Under the pieces are notes generated by a model. That model worked only from the letters and a program-made list of their open reading frames with translations. It was not told the origin of the DNA and made no database searches. This document shows positions 9,356 to 19,676 of a stretch of DNA of 64,000 nucleotides, one piece after another. Source of the DNA: an uncultured delta proteobacterium (GTDB lineage: Bacteria; Myxococcota_A; Polyangia; Fen-1088). Position numbers and translations under genes: made by a program. The stretch lies in contig CAVYGB010000010.1 in NCBI GenBank assembly GCA_963767925.1, forward strand, positions 1,248,001 to 1,312,000. The letters are read 5' to 3'. Numbering within the stretch: the first letter of the stretch is position 1; the number at the start of each line of letters is the position of its first letter.

Positions 9356-10930
9356 TTACTTCTCGCCGGGCATCCGGTAGCCGCCGCCGTATTCGCCGCC
9401 CCAGGCGGGCAGACCGGCCTGCGGGGCCCGCTCCTGGGCGGCGCGGGCCCGGCGCAGGTAGGCGGGCGTGTCGTATTCGCTCTCCTCGATGCCGAGGTCG
9501 TCGCTCGGCAAGGCGGGGCCGTTGCCCGCCGCCCGCCGGCCGTTGCCTTGGGCGAGCCCGCCGCCGTTGCTCGACAGCGGAGAGGGGACCGCCGGCCGGA
9601 TGGGCCGCTCGTTGGCCCCCGCCCAGTCGCCGCTGGGAGCCACCGAGACGTGGGCCGTGAGGGGCGCGTGCACGAAGGAGCCCCCGGTGGGGTAGTTGTC
9701 GTGGGGCACCTCGGCCTGGTCGATCTCCCCGGAGATGGCGTGGCTGTAGGGGGTGCCGAGGGGCGAGGCGGGATACGGCGTTGTCGAGGCGGTCTGGGCG
9801 ATCGACGCCGAGACGGGCGGACCGTAGCCGGGCGGGATGGGGGCGTAGGCCACCGGCTGGTGGGCGTAGCCCGGGGGCGGGTGGTTGGGCACCGCCATCT
9901 GGTGCACGTCGTGAGGCCGCCGCACGCCCAGGCCGGTGCGGCTGGAGGAGTGGGGCTGCACCTCGGTGGCCAGGCGCGACTGGAACCCGGTGGCGATCAC
10001 GGTGATGCGCACCTCGTCGCCGCAATTGGGATCGATCACCGAGCCGAAGATGATGTTGGCGTCGGGGTCGGCCGCCTCCTGGATCAGGCTGCAGGCCTCG
10101 TTGACCTCGGCCAGCGTCAGGTCGGCGCCGCCCGTGATGTTGACCAGGATGCCGGTGGCGCCGTTGATCGACACGTCCTCGAGCAGCGGGGAGTTGATGG
10201 CCGTCTCGGCCGCCTCGATGGCCCGCTTGTCCCCCACGCCGCGGCCCGAGCCCATGAGGGCCCGGCCCATGCCGGTCATGATGGTGCGGACGTCGGCGAA
10301 GTCGACGTTGATGAGCCCGGGGACCATCACCAGGTCGCTGATCCCGCGGACGGCGTTGAGGCAGACGTTGTCCACCATGGCGAACGACTCGCGCATGGTC
10401 ATCTTCATGCCCGCCAGAGCCACCAGCCGGTCGTTGGGGATCACGATGAGCGCGTCGACCGACTTGCCGAGCGACTCGATGCCGGAGTTGGCCTTCTTCT
10501 TCCGCTGCAGCCCCTCGAAGGTGAAGGGCTTGGTCACGACGCCGACGGTGAGGGCGCCCATGTCGCGCGCCACCTGGGCGATGACCGGGGCGGCGCCGGT
10601 GCCGGTGCCTCCGCCCATGCCCGCGGTGACGAACACCATGTCGGCTCCCGCCAGCACGTCGGCCAGCCGGGCGGCGTCCTCGATGGCGGCGGCGGCGCCG
10701 ATCTCGGGGTTGGCGCCGGCGCCGAGCCCCTTGGTGAGGCTGCGGCCGATCTGCACCTTGGTGGGCGCCAGGTTCGTCTCGAGGACCTGCCCATCGGTGT
10801 TGGCGGCGATGAAGTCGACGCCCTGGATGCCGGCCTCGATCATCGTGTTGACGGCGTTGCCTCCGCCGCCACCCACGCCGACAACCTTGATCTTCGGTCC
10901 GAGCAGCCCTTCGTCAGCGAATTCCAGCAT
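9356..10930 (-). CDS. ftsZ: Cell division protein FtsZ
   Basis: [24 protein letters not shown] tubulin signature, INVDFADV, C-terminal core YDTPAYLRR. Confidence 0.98.
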   Translation of the reverse strand: MLEFADEGLLGPKIKVVGVGGGGGNAVNTMIEAGIQGVDFIAANTDGQVLETNLAPTKVQIGRSLTKGLGAGANPEIGAAAAIEDAARLADVLAGADMVFVTAGMGGGTGTGAAPVIAQVARDMGALTVGVVTKPFTFEGLQRKKKANSGIESLGKSVDALIVIPNDRLVALAGMKMTMRESFAMVDNVCLNAVRGISDLVMVPGLINVDFADVRTIMTGMGRALMGSGRGVGDKRAIEAAETAINSPLLEDVSINGATGILVNITGGADLTLAEVNEACSLIQEAADPDANIIFGSVIDPNCGDEVRITVIATGFQSRLATEVQPHSSSRTGLGVRRPHDVHQMAVPNHPPPGYAHQPVAYAPIPPGYGPPVSASIAQTASTTPYPASPLGTPYSHAISGEIDQAEVPHDNYPTGGSFVHAPLTAHVSVAPSGDWAGANERPIRPAVPSPLSSNGGGLAQGNGRRAAGNGPALPSDDLGIEESEYDTPAYLRRARAAQERAPQAGLPAWGGEYGGGYRMPGEK

Positions 10931-11006
10931 GTGACTCCCTCATCCTCTGTCGTCTCATGGCCCCGTCGCCGAGGCCAATTTTCGAATGTTTTTTCTGGAC
11001 CCGCGC

Positions 11007-12240
11007 TCAGAAGGCCGCCGAGATGGCCTTGCGAACGCGGCCCCAGATGCCGGCTCGCGGCTGGGCGGTCAGCAATTTCTCCGCGTGCCCGGCCTGCTGG
11101 CTGGCCCCGTACTGGACCAGCCCGACGCCGGTGGCGAACCCCGGGGCCTTGACCACCTCGGCCAGCCCGCCCACGCCCTTGGGCGAGCCCAGGCGCATGG
11201 GCAGCCCCAGGATCTCCTCGCCCAGCTCGACCATGCCGGGCAGCTGGGTGGCGCCCCCGGTGAGGACCGCGCCCGAGGCCAGCAGGTCCTCGCAGCCCAG
11301 GCGGGCGATCTCTGCCTTGATGAGGGAGAAGATCTCCTCGACCCGGGGCTGCACGATGTCCCGGCACAACATCTGGCGCGACAGCACGCGGGGGGCCCGG
11401 CCGCCCACCGAGGCCACCTCTATGACCTCGTCGTCGCGCACCATGCTGGCCAGGGCGCAGCCCCAGCGGTGCTTGATCTTCTCGGCCTCGTGCGGGGGCG
11501 TGCGCAGCCCGAAGGCGATGTCGTTGGTGAGCTGGTGCCCGCCGATGGGGATGACGCTGGTGTGGGCCACCGCCCCCTCGGTGAAGACGGCGATGTCGGT
11601 GGTGCCGCCGCCCACGTCGATGAGCGCGACGCCCAGGCCCTTCTCGTCCTCCTCGAGGACCGCTTCACCCGAGGCCAGCGGCTCGAGCACGATGTCGATG
11701 ACCTCGAGGTCGCAGCGGTGGCAGCACTTGATGATGTTCTGGGTGGCGGCGGCGGCGGCGGTCACGATGTGCACCCGCGCCTCGAGGCGCACGCCACACA
11801 TGCCGAGCGGCTCGCGCACCCCGTCCTGCCCGTCGATCTTGTACTCCTGGGGCAAGCACGTGGACGATGTGCCGGTCGACCGGCAGGGCGATGGCCCGGG
11901 CCAGCTCCAGCACCTTGCTGACGTCGGAGGCGCGGACCTCCTTGTCCTTGACCGCCACCGTGCCCGTCGAGTTGACGCCCTTGATGTGGCCGCCGGCGAT
12001 GCCCACGTAGACCTGGGAGATCTCGCAGCCCGACATCCCCTCCGCCTCGGCGATGGCCTGGCGGATGGCCGCCACCGTCGAGTCGATGTTGACGATCACC
12101 CCCTTTTTCAGGCCCCGCGAGGGGTGGGTGCCGATGCCGATGATGTCGAGACCCTCGTCGGTCACCTCGCCCACGACCGCGGCGATCTTGGTGGTGCCGA
12201 TGTCCAGACCCACGATGATGTCCGAGCTGCGTTTCGCCAT
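11007..12240 (-). CDS. ftsA: Cell division protein FtsA (single frameshift near 11854, likely sequencing error)
   Basis: IVGLDIGTTKI...HIVHVL continues in another frame as PQEYKIDGQ...LIDVGGGTTD...VLTGGATQL. Confidence 0.93.
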
Positions 12241-12252
12241 GAGACCCCTCGA

Positions 12253-13296
12253 TCATTCCGTCGGATGCGATGCGCTTACGTTGGCCAGCCTGGCCTTTTC
12301 CATCGGGAACCCGCCGCGGGCCCCCGCCCCTTGCCCCCTCGGCGCGGGCGACCGGGCCGCCTGCGCCTCGCCGCGGGCCTCGGAGAAGTCCGGCACGTGC
12401 AACCGCACCGGGACCTTCCGGAGATCGCTGCCGTCCAGGTGAACCACCCGGATCGACGCAGGATCGGCGCCGCTCACCTTCACAGCTTCGAAGATCTGGT
12501 CGAGCCTCGCCAGTTTTCGCTCGTACTCCTGGCGGCCGAGGCGGATCTCCGCCCCTCCCTCCAGGAGGAACAGCGTGAACCCGTAGCGCGGGCTCATGTT
12601 CAGCTCACCCACCTCGGGGCGGCCCGGCTGGGCCCGGTAGCTGGCGAGGATCCCCAGCCCCTCCCGGAACACCGCCTCGCTGGCCGAGCGGTGATCGACG
12701 TATTGCGATCGCTCGAGCCCGGTCAGCACCGGCAGGCCGTCGGCCTCGGTCATGCTCGCGCGCTTGAAGGGCCGCCCGCTCTCGTCGACCAGGTACAGCC
12801 CGCCGAGGTTCACGGTGGCGACCGCCCGCCGCTCGACGATCTCGAAGCGCAGCACCGAGGGCAGGCGCCGCCGCACCCGCACCTCCGCCGCCCAGGGATG
12901 CTCCGCCACCCGGGCGGCGATGGCGTCGGTGTCGAGCTTGAGCAGGCGATCCCCCTCGGCCACCTGGGCCAGGGTCATGATCTCGTCGGGCGTGATGCGG
13001 GTGGTGGCCGAGATCTCCACGTTCCGCAGGGCGAAGCGGGCCGACCCGGTGATGTGCTCGATGCCGAGCCGCCCTCCCCCCAGCAGCAGGGCCAGCAGCA
13101 GCAAGAGGAGCAGCACCTTGCCCACCACCCGCGCCGCCCGGTAGATGGCCCCGCCCAGCGCGGCGATCCCCTCGGCGACGAACAGCAAGGGCGCGCCCGC
13201 CTGCACCTTCACACGGCGGTTCTTTCGCCCGCGCCCTTTCCATTTGAAGGTCCGGGTCGATTGATCGATCTCGAAAGTGGCCGCGTTTTCGCTCAC
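12253..13296 (-). CDS. ftsQ: Cell division protein FtsQ/DivIB (start uncertain)
   Basis: TM segment, POTRA-like HPWAAEVRVRRRLPSVLRFEIVER, located between murC and ftsA. Confidence 0.85.
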   Translation of the reverse strand: MSENAATFEIDQSTRTFKWKGRGRKNRRVKVQAGAPLLFVAEGIAALGGAIYRAARVVGKVLLLLLLLALLLGGGRLGIEHITGSARFALRNVEISATTRITPDEIMTLAQVAEGDRLLKLDTDAIAARVAEHPWAAEVRVRRRLPSVLRFEIVERRAVATVNLGGLYLVDESGRPFKRASMTEADGLPVLTGLERSQYVDHRSASEAVFREGLGILASYRAQPGRPEVGELNMSPRYGFTLFLLEGGAEIRLGRQEYERKLARLDQIFEAVKVSGADPASIRVVHLDGSDLRKVPVRLHVPDFSEARGEAQAARSPAPRGQGAGARGGFPMEKARLANVSASHPTE

Positions 13297-13454
13297 GGAG
13301 GCGCGTCCCAACATCACCCGACCCGCCCCAACCCACAAATTTTCCCCCTGTTGCGGCGGTCCCCGAAAAGGTGGGACTTTCACCTACCTGGACCGGACGG
13401 CGTCGCGCGCGAAGGCCGCGCCTGCCGGATCTCCGGCGGTGAGCGCGGGACGCC

Positions 13455-14813
13455 TCAGCGGCGCAGGCGCTCGACCATCTCGTGGGCGACCTGGGTGATG
13501 TCGCCGGCGCCGAGGGTGAGCAGCAGGTCACCGGGGCGGAGGAGATCCTGCAAGGTGTCGCAGACGTCGCGGCGGGCGGCGTAGACCGGGGCCCGGTCGC
13601 CGGGGAAGGTCGCGCACAAGCGGGCGGTGCTGATGCCGTCGGCCGGGGCCTCGCCGGCGGCGTAGATGTCGGTCACCAGCACGACGTCGGCGCCGGCCAG
13701 GGAGGGGGCGAAGTCGGCCAGCAGATCGCGGGTGCGGCTGTAGCGGTGGGGCTGGAAGGCCACCACGAGCCGGCGGCCGAACAGGCGGGCGGCCGCCACG
13801 GTCGCTGCGATCTCGGTGGGGTGGTGGCCGTAGTCGTCGACGACGAGGATGCCGCCGCTCTCGCCCCGCACCGAGAAGCGGCGGTCGACGCCGGCCAGCC
13901 CCTCCATCGCCTCCTGGTAGTCGGCGAAGGCGACGCCGAAGAAGTCGGCCACCGCCAGCGCCGCCAGCGCGTTGCAGGCGTAGTGCACGCCGGGCATGCG
14001 AATGTGGGCGGGGCCCCGCTCCTCCCCCCGCACCCGCACCAGGAAGCGGGTGCCTTGCGGAGTGGTCTCCAGGATCTCGCCCCGGTATTCGCCGGACGAC
14101 AGCCCGTAGCTGACGTGGGGCTTGACCAGATCGGGGGCCAGCGCCGCCGCCCTGGCGTCGTCGGCGCAGATCACCACCAGGCCGTAAAAGGGCACCTTGT
14201 TGGCGAAGGCCAGGAAGGCCTCGCGCAGGGCCGCCTCGCTGCCGTAGTGATCGAGGTGCTCGCGGTCGATGTTGGTGATGATCGCCGCCATCGGGTGCAG
14301 GTGGCGGAACGAGCCGTCCGACTCGTCGGCCTCCGCCACCAGGACCTCGCCCTTGCCGAGGCGGGCGTTCGAGCCGAGGGCCCGGGCCTGCCCGCCCACG
14401 ATGACGGTGGGGTCGAGGCCGGCCTGGGCGAAGACGGCGGCGACCATCGCGGTGGTGCTGGTCTTGCCGTGGGAGCCGGCCACCGCCACCCCGTCCTTGA
14501 CCCGCATCAGCTCGCCCAGCATCTCGGCCCGGGGGATCACGGGGATGCCGCGGGCCCGGGCGGCCAGCAGCTCCGGATTGTCGGGGCGGACCGCGCTCGA
14601 GACGACCGCCACGTCGGCGTCGGCCACCTGGGCGGCGGCGTGGCCGATGCCGATGCGCCCGCCGAGGCTGGCCAGGCGGCGGGTGGCCTCGCTCTCCTTC
14701 ACGTCGGAGCCCGACACCCGGTAACCGAGGTTGAGCAGCACCTCGGCGATGCCGGACATGCCGACCCCACCGATGCCGACGAAATGGATGGCGACGTCGC
14801 GTTTGCGAAACAT
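13455..14813 (-). CDS. murC: UDP-N-acetylmuramate--L-alanine ligase
   Basis: IHFVGIGGVGMSGIA, AGSHGKTSTT, EADESDGSF, DDYGHHPTEI, FQPHRYSRT. Confidence 0.97.
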   Translation of the reverse strand: MFRKRDVAIHFVGIGGVGMSGIAEVLLNLGYRVSGSDVKESEATRRLASLGGRIGIGHAAAQVADADVAVVSSAVRPDNPELLAARARGIPVIPRAEMLGELMRVKDGVAVAGSHGKTSTTAMVAAVFAQAGLDPTVIVGGQARALGSNARLGKGEVLVAEADESDGSFRHLHPMAAIITNIDREHLDHYGSEAALREAFLAFANKVPFYGLVVICADDARAAALAPDLVKPHVSYGLSSGEYRGEILETTPQGTRFLVRVRGEERGPAHIRMPGVHYACNALAALAVADFFGVAFADYQEAMEGLAGVDRRFSVRGESGGILVVDDYGHHPTEIAATVAAARLFGRRLVVAFQPHRYSRTRDLLADFAPSLAGADVVLVTDIYAAGEAPADGISTARLCATFPGDRAPVYAARRDVCDTLQDLLRPGDLLLTLGAGDITQVAHEMVERLRR

Positions 14814-14849
14814 GAAGCTGGACCGGGTGGCAGATCTGGCCGGAGGCGG

Positions 14850-16763
14850 CTAATCGCGCAACGAGATTTCCTGGGTGTTCTCGTCGGCCCGCGCGGCGGC
14901 GCGCAGGTACACCTTGGCGATCTCGCTCTCGTCGAGCAATCCCACGATTCGCCCCTCGCCGTCCACAACCAGCAAGGCCCGCAGGCGGTTCTTGACCATG
15001 CGTTCGGCGGCGGTGCGCAGGTCGTCTTCGGGTCGCACCGTTATCGCAAGCTGCATGACGTCCGAGGCGATGGCCCAGCCCGCGTCTTGCCGCTCTTCCG
15101 ACAGCACGCGCAAGGCGGGCGCGGTCACGACGCCTGCCAGCTTGCCGTCGGCCCCCAGCACCGGGACCAGATCGGGGGCGGTGACCTCGCGGGTCCGGCG
15201 CAACATCTCGGGCGTGCTGGTGCCGGGGGCGAAGGTGATGGTGGGCGCCCCCACCGTCATGATCTCCCGGACGCGCAGCTCGCGCAGCACGTCGCGCACG
15301 AGCGCGTCGCGGTAGGCGGGGGAGTCTCGCTGGGTGGGGATCTGCGCTTCGTAGAGCGTGCGGCTGCGCAACGCCACGTATGAAATACCGAGGGCGAGCA
15401 TCAGCGGCACCAGCAGGTCGTAGTTTCCGGCCATCTCACACACCAGGACCAGGGCCGACAGCGGGACGTGGGCGATTCCACCATAGAAGGCGCCCATCCC
15501 CACCAGGGCGAAGGCCCCCGGGTCGATGCGCGGATCCTCCAGCAAGAGCTGCGCCGCCCGCCCGAAGGCGCCGCCCATCAGCGCGCCGATCGCGAGCGAA
15601 GGGGCAAAGTCGCCGGCGCTGCCGCCGCTGCCGATGGTGAAGGCGGAGGCCACCAGCTTGGCCAGGGCCAGCAGGGCGAGCAGCTCGACCGCCAGCCAGC
15701 CCTCGGGCAGCCAGGGCGCCCCGGTGGTGGCGACCTGGGCGGCGCCGTAGCCGCCGCCGAAGATGCCGAGCCCCTGCCCCGAGGTGCCCACCAGCCCGCC
15801 GATGCCGAGGATGAGCGGGGTGGCCATCAGGCCGAGGGCCAGGCCGCCCATCGCCGGACGCAGCCACTCGGCCACCGGCAGGCGGGCGGAGGTCTCGCGC
15901 ACGAGCTTCAACATGGCGATGAAGGCGATCGCCAGGGCGGCGACGACCAGGGCCAGCACCGCGTACAGCGGCAGGTGGGCGGGCACGAAGGGGAAGCGGG
16001 GAGCGTGGGCCAGCAGCGTGCTCTCGCCGAAGATGGAGATGACGACCGAATAGGAGACGACGCTGGCGAGGACCGAGGGGACCAGGGCGTCGGACTCGAA
16101 GCCGTCGCGGTACAGGACCTCGACCGCCAGGAGGGCGGCCCCCAGCGGCGTGCGGAACACCGCCGAGATGCCGGCCGCGACCCCGGCGACCAGGAGGATG
16201 CGCCGCTCGCGGGCGCCCACCGAGAGGACCCGGGCCACCAGCGATCCCAGGGCGCCGCCGATCAACATGGTGGGCCCCTCGCGCCCGCCCGACCCTCCCG
16301 TGCCGAGGGTCGTGATCGAGGCCAGGGCCTTGATCCCCATCAGCTTCATCGGCAAGGTGGCGCCCTGGTGAAAGGCGCGGATCATGACGTCGCCGCCGCC
16401 GCCGCGGGCGTCGGGGGTGCGGCGGGTGAGCCAGCCACAGGCCAGGCCGCCGAGGGCGGGGAGGATGAGCAGCAGCCAGGGGCGGAAGGTGCGGGGCAGG
16501 GCGGCGGCGGCGAAGCTCTCGCCGCTGGCGCGCAGGACGGCGTAGCCGGCCAGGTCCTCGAGCAGCAGCCGCTGGGTGTATTCGAGGATGCCGAAGAAGG
16601 CCGCCCCCGCGAACCCACAGACGACGCCGACGGCGGCGGCCTGAAGCAGCGTGCGCCCGACGAACCGCAGGTCCAGCGGAGCGGCGTCCGCGAACAGCGC
16701 CGGGAGGATGGCGCGGTTGCGTTCCATCCACCAGGCCCACAGATTCCGGAGCCGCTGCCGCAT
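14850..16763 (-). CDS. CLC chloride channel/transporter with C-terminal CBS pair
   Basis: GGSGGREGP, FRTPLGAAL, SGGSAGDFAP, many TM helices, CBS domains at the C-terminus. Confidence 0.92.
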   Translation of the reverse strand: MRQRLRNLWAWWMERNRAILPALFADAAPLDLRFVGRTLLQAAAVGVVCGFAGAAFFGILEYTQRLLLEDLAGYAVLRASGESFAAAALPRTFRPWLLLILPALGGLACGWLTRRTPDARGGGGDVMIRAFHQGATLPMKLMGIKALASITTLGTGGSGGREGPTMLIGGALGSLVARVLSVGARERRILLVAGVAAGISAVFRTPLGAALLAVEVLYRDGFESDALVPSVLASVVSYSVVISIFGESTLLAHAPRFPFVPAHLPLYAVLALVVAALAIAFIAMLKLVRETSARLPVAEWLRPAMGGLALGLMATPLILGIGGLVGTSGQGLGIFGGGYGAAQVATTGAPWLPEGWLAVELLALLALAKLVASAFTIGSGGSAGDFAPSLAIGALMGGAFGRAAQLLLEDPRIDPGAFALVGMGAFYGGIAHVPLSALVLVCEMAGNYDLLVPLMLALGISYVALRSRTLYEAQIPTQRDSPAYRDALVRDVLRELRVREIMTVGAPTITFAPGTSTPEMLRRTREVTAPDLVPVLGADGKLAGVVTAPALRVLSEERQDAGWAIASDVMQLAITVRPEDDLRTAAERMVKNRLRALLVVDGEGRIVGLLDESEIAKVYLRAAARADENTQEISLRD

Positions 16764-16946
16764 TCCTGTTCCGGATACCGTAGCAGCCCGCACCGGCGAC
16801 CGAATGCAGAAAGCGGCCGACCCGTCTGGAAAGACTACGGAAACTGGCCGCGCTCGGGGCCTGTCCGCGTGCGTCTAGATTACCTGACCCTACTCGAGTG
16901 AGGCCCCGCGCGGCGGACCCCGGATCGCCCGGTGTAAAGTGCGCCG

Positions 16947-17651
16947 GTGCCACCAATCGGCCCACCCACCGTCTTTCTCTGGGACATCGACGGAACCCTC
17001 ATCAGCACGGCCGGCGCCGGCCGCCGCGCCATCGAGCTGACCTTCCAGCGGCGTTACGGGCGCCCCGAGGTTGTCGGCTTTCACTTCGACGGCATGACCG
17101 ACCCGACCATCGTGCGCCAGGGGCTGACCGCGCTGGGGCTCGACGAGGAGGAGATGGCCCGGGTCCTGCCGGAGATCCTGCGCGAGTACCTCGTCGATCT
17201 GGCGGAGGTGTGCGCGGCGGCGACCGACTTCCGGGTCCACGCCGGGATCGAGGCGGCGCTGGCGCTGTGCCACGGCCGCGCCGGCGCGGTGGGGCTGGGG
17301 ACGGGCAACGTCGAGGAGGGCGCCCGCCTCAAGCTCGAGCGCGTCGACCTGGGCCGGCACTTCTCGTTCGGGGGCTACGGCAGCGACCACGCCGACCGGG
17401 CCGAGCTGCTGGCCATCGGCGCCCGGCGCGGTCGGGCCCGCCTGGGCATCGGCGACGGGCCCTGCCGGGTGGTGGTCATCGGCGACACCCCGAAGGACAT
17501 CGCTGCCGCCCGGGCCATCGGCGCCGAGTCGATCGCGGTCGCCACCGGCTCGTACAGCGTGGAGGCGCTGCGCGAGCAGGGCGCCACCTTCGCGGTGCCC
17601 GACCTCGTCGACCCGGTCGCCCGGTCGGCGTTGCTCGGCGGCGCCGTCTAG
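16947..17651 (+). CDS. HAD-superfamily hydrolase
   Basis: LWDIDGTL motif I; VIGDTPKD motif IV. Confidence 0.9.
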   Translation: MPPIGPPTVFLWDIDGTLISTAGAGRRAIELTFQRRYGRPEVVGFHFDGMTDPTIVRQGLTALGLDEEEMARVLPEILREYLVDLAEVCAAATDFRVHAGIEAALALCHGRAGAVGLGTGNVEEGARLKLERVDLGRHFSFGGYGSDHADRAELLAIGARRGRARLGIGDGPCRVVVIGDTPKDIAAARAIGAESIAVATGSYSVEALREQGATFAVPDLVDPVARSALLGGAV

Positions 17652-17714
17652 CTCCGGCGGGGGACCGCGAGGGAACCCGTATTTTTTTTTCAGAACCGTC
17701 GCAGGTACGCCAGG

Positions 17715-18572
17715 GTGTCACCGTTCTGGATCGATGAGCTGGGCCCGGGCGACCTCCCGGACGCCCTGCGCCTGTCGACCGAGGCCGGCTGGAACCAGAC
17801 CGCCGCCGACTGGGGCCGCCTGCTCGACCTGGCGCCGGGGGCCTGCTTCGCCGGGCGGCTCGACGGCGCCCTCGTCGCGACCGCCACCGCGGTCGATTAC
17901 CCGGGGACCGCCACCTGGATCGGCATGGTGATCGTGGGGCGGGCCGCCCGGCGCCAGGGCTTCGGCACCCGGCTGCTGGCGAGCGCGCTCGCCCACGGCC
18001 AGCGCGCCAGCCCCACCGTCGGGCTCGACGCCACCGATCTGGGCCGCCCCCTCTACCTCGCCCGGGGCTTCCGGGAGCTGGCCCCCATCGACCGCTGGCA
18101 GGGCACGCTGGGGGCGGCGGGCCCCCCGGATGCAGGCGTGCAGGTCGAGGTGGCGGCGGGTGGGCGGTTGCCCGCCGAGGCCCTGGCCTTCGACCGGCAG
18201 GCCTGCGGCGTCGACCGGAGTGCCCTGCTCGCCCACCTGCTGGCCGAGCCCGGGGTGGTGGCCTGGCTGGCCCGGGTGGGGGGTGCCATCCGGGGGCTGG
18301 CCTTCCTCCGGCCCGGGCACGCGCACTTCCACCTGGGCCCGGTGGTGGCCGAGGACGGCGCAATCTTTTCGTCGCTGCTCGATTCCGCCGGCCAGCAACT
18401 CGGTGGGAGGACCGTCCTGGTGGACACACCCCGCGACGGCGTGGCCGCCGGCCGGCTCGAGCCGCGAGGACTTTCCGTGCAGCGCCGTCTGGTTCGCATG
18501 ACATACGGGCGGCCGCAGGGCATCTTGGTGGGCGCACGTGTCGCCGCCGCCACCGCCTTCGAGTGGGGCTGA
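17715..18572 (+). CDS. GNAT family N-acetyltransferase (tandem GNAT)
   Basis: GWNQTAADW, WIGMVIV..ARRQGFGTRL, LDATDLGRPLY..RGF. Confidence 0.85.
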   Translation: MSPFWIDELGPGDLPDALRLSTEAGWNQTAADWGRLLDLAPGACFAGRLDGALVATATAVDYPGTATWIGMVIVGRAARRQGFGTRLLASALAHGQRASPTVGLDATDLGRPLYLARGFRELAPIDRWQGTLGAAGPPDAGVQVEVAAGGRLPAEALAFDRQACGVDRSALLAHLLAEPGVVAWLARVGGAIRGLAFLRPGHAHFHLGPVVAEDGAIFSSLLDSAGQQLGGRTVLVDTPRDGVAAGRLEPRGLSVQRRLVRMTYGRPQGILVGARVAAATAFEWG

Positions 18573-18593
18573 CCGAGGCGACCGCGTACCAGC

Positions 18594-19676
18594 ATGACCA
18601 CGACAACCCCTGCGCTCGAGGCAAAGATCCGCGAAGGCGGAGCCAGCGCCGCGGTCCCCATCGTGTCCGAGGAGGACCTGGAAGATCGGCTGTCCGATCC
18701 GCCCCGGCCGCTGATCGATCTGTTCGCCCGGCTGGAAGGCGACCTCTTGATCCTCGGCGCGGGCGGCAAGATGGGCCCCAGCCTGGCCCGCATGGCGGCG
18801 CGGGCCGCGCGCGCGGCCGGCAGCGACACCAGGGTCTACGCCGCCTCCCGGTTCCCGCAGCGGGCCCTGCGCGACCGCCTGACGAGCTGGGGCATCACCG
18901 CCCTGGTGTGCGACCTGACCCAGCCGGGCGCCATCGGCCGGCTGCCCTACTGCTCCAACGTCGTCTACATGGCAGGCCGCAAGTTCGGATCGAGCGACGC
19001 CGCCTGGGAGACCTGGGCCAGCAACGTCTTCCTCGCCAGCGAGGCGGCCCGCGCCTTCCCCCGGGCCCGCATCGTCGCCTTCTCGACCGGCAACGTCTAT
19101 CCCCTGTGGCCGGTGGCCCGGCCGGAGGGCCCGGTCGAGGAGACGCCGCCCCACCCGCTGGGCGAATACGCCCAGTCCTGCCTGGGGCGCGAGCGGATGT
19201 TCGAATATTTCTCCCGGCGCAACGGCACCCTGGTCTCGCTGGTGCGCCTCAACTACGCGGTCGAGCTGCGCTACGGGGTGCTGCTCGACATCGCCCTGCG
19301 GGTCTGGACCGGGCAGTCCATCGACCTGACCATGGGCCACGCCAACGTCCTGTGGCAAGGCGACGCCAGCGCCTACGCCCTGCAGACCCTCGACATCTGC
19401 TCGACGCCGCCGGCGATCCTCAACGTCACCGGGCCGGTGGTGCGGATCCGCGAGGTGGCCGAGAAGCTCGGCCGCCTGCTCGATCGGCCGGTGCGCTTCC
19501 AGGGGACGGAGGCGCCGACCGCCCTGCTCAGCAACCCGGCCGAGTGCCACGCCCGCTTCGGGCCACCGCGGGTGTCGCTCGACATCCTCCTCGGCTGGCT
19601 CGCCCACTGGGTCATCGCCGGCGGCCCGGTGCTGGGCAAGCCCACCCATTACGAGACCCGCGATGGAAAATTCTGA
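18594..19676 (+). CDS. NAD-dependent epimerase/dehydratase
   Basis: ILGAGGKMG Rossmann motif, FSTGNVYP, EYAQSCLGRER, RLNYAVELRYGV. Confidence 0.88.
   Translation: MTTTTPALEAKIREGGASAAVPIVSEEDLEDRLSDPPRPLIDLFARLEGDLLILGAGGKMGPSLARMAARAARAAGSDTRVYAASRFPQRALRDRLTSWGITALVCDLTQPGAIGRLPYCSNVVYMAGRKFGSSDAAWETWASNVFLASEAARAFPRARIVAFSTGNVYPLWPVARPEGPVEETPPHPLGEYAQSCLGRERMFEYFSRRNGTLVSLVRLNYAVELRYGVLLDIALRVWTGQSIDLTMGHANVLWQGDASAYALQTLDICSTPPAILNVTGPVVRIREVAEKLGRLLDRPVRFQGTEAPTALLSNPAECHARFGPPRVSLDILLGWLAHWVIAGGPVLGKPTHYETRDGKF

Noticed and set aside
11007..12240. Programmed frameshift or pseudogene in ftsA
   Set aside because: No slippery motif, and similar single-base indels recur across the window, so error is more parsimonious
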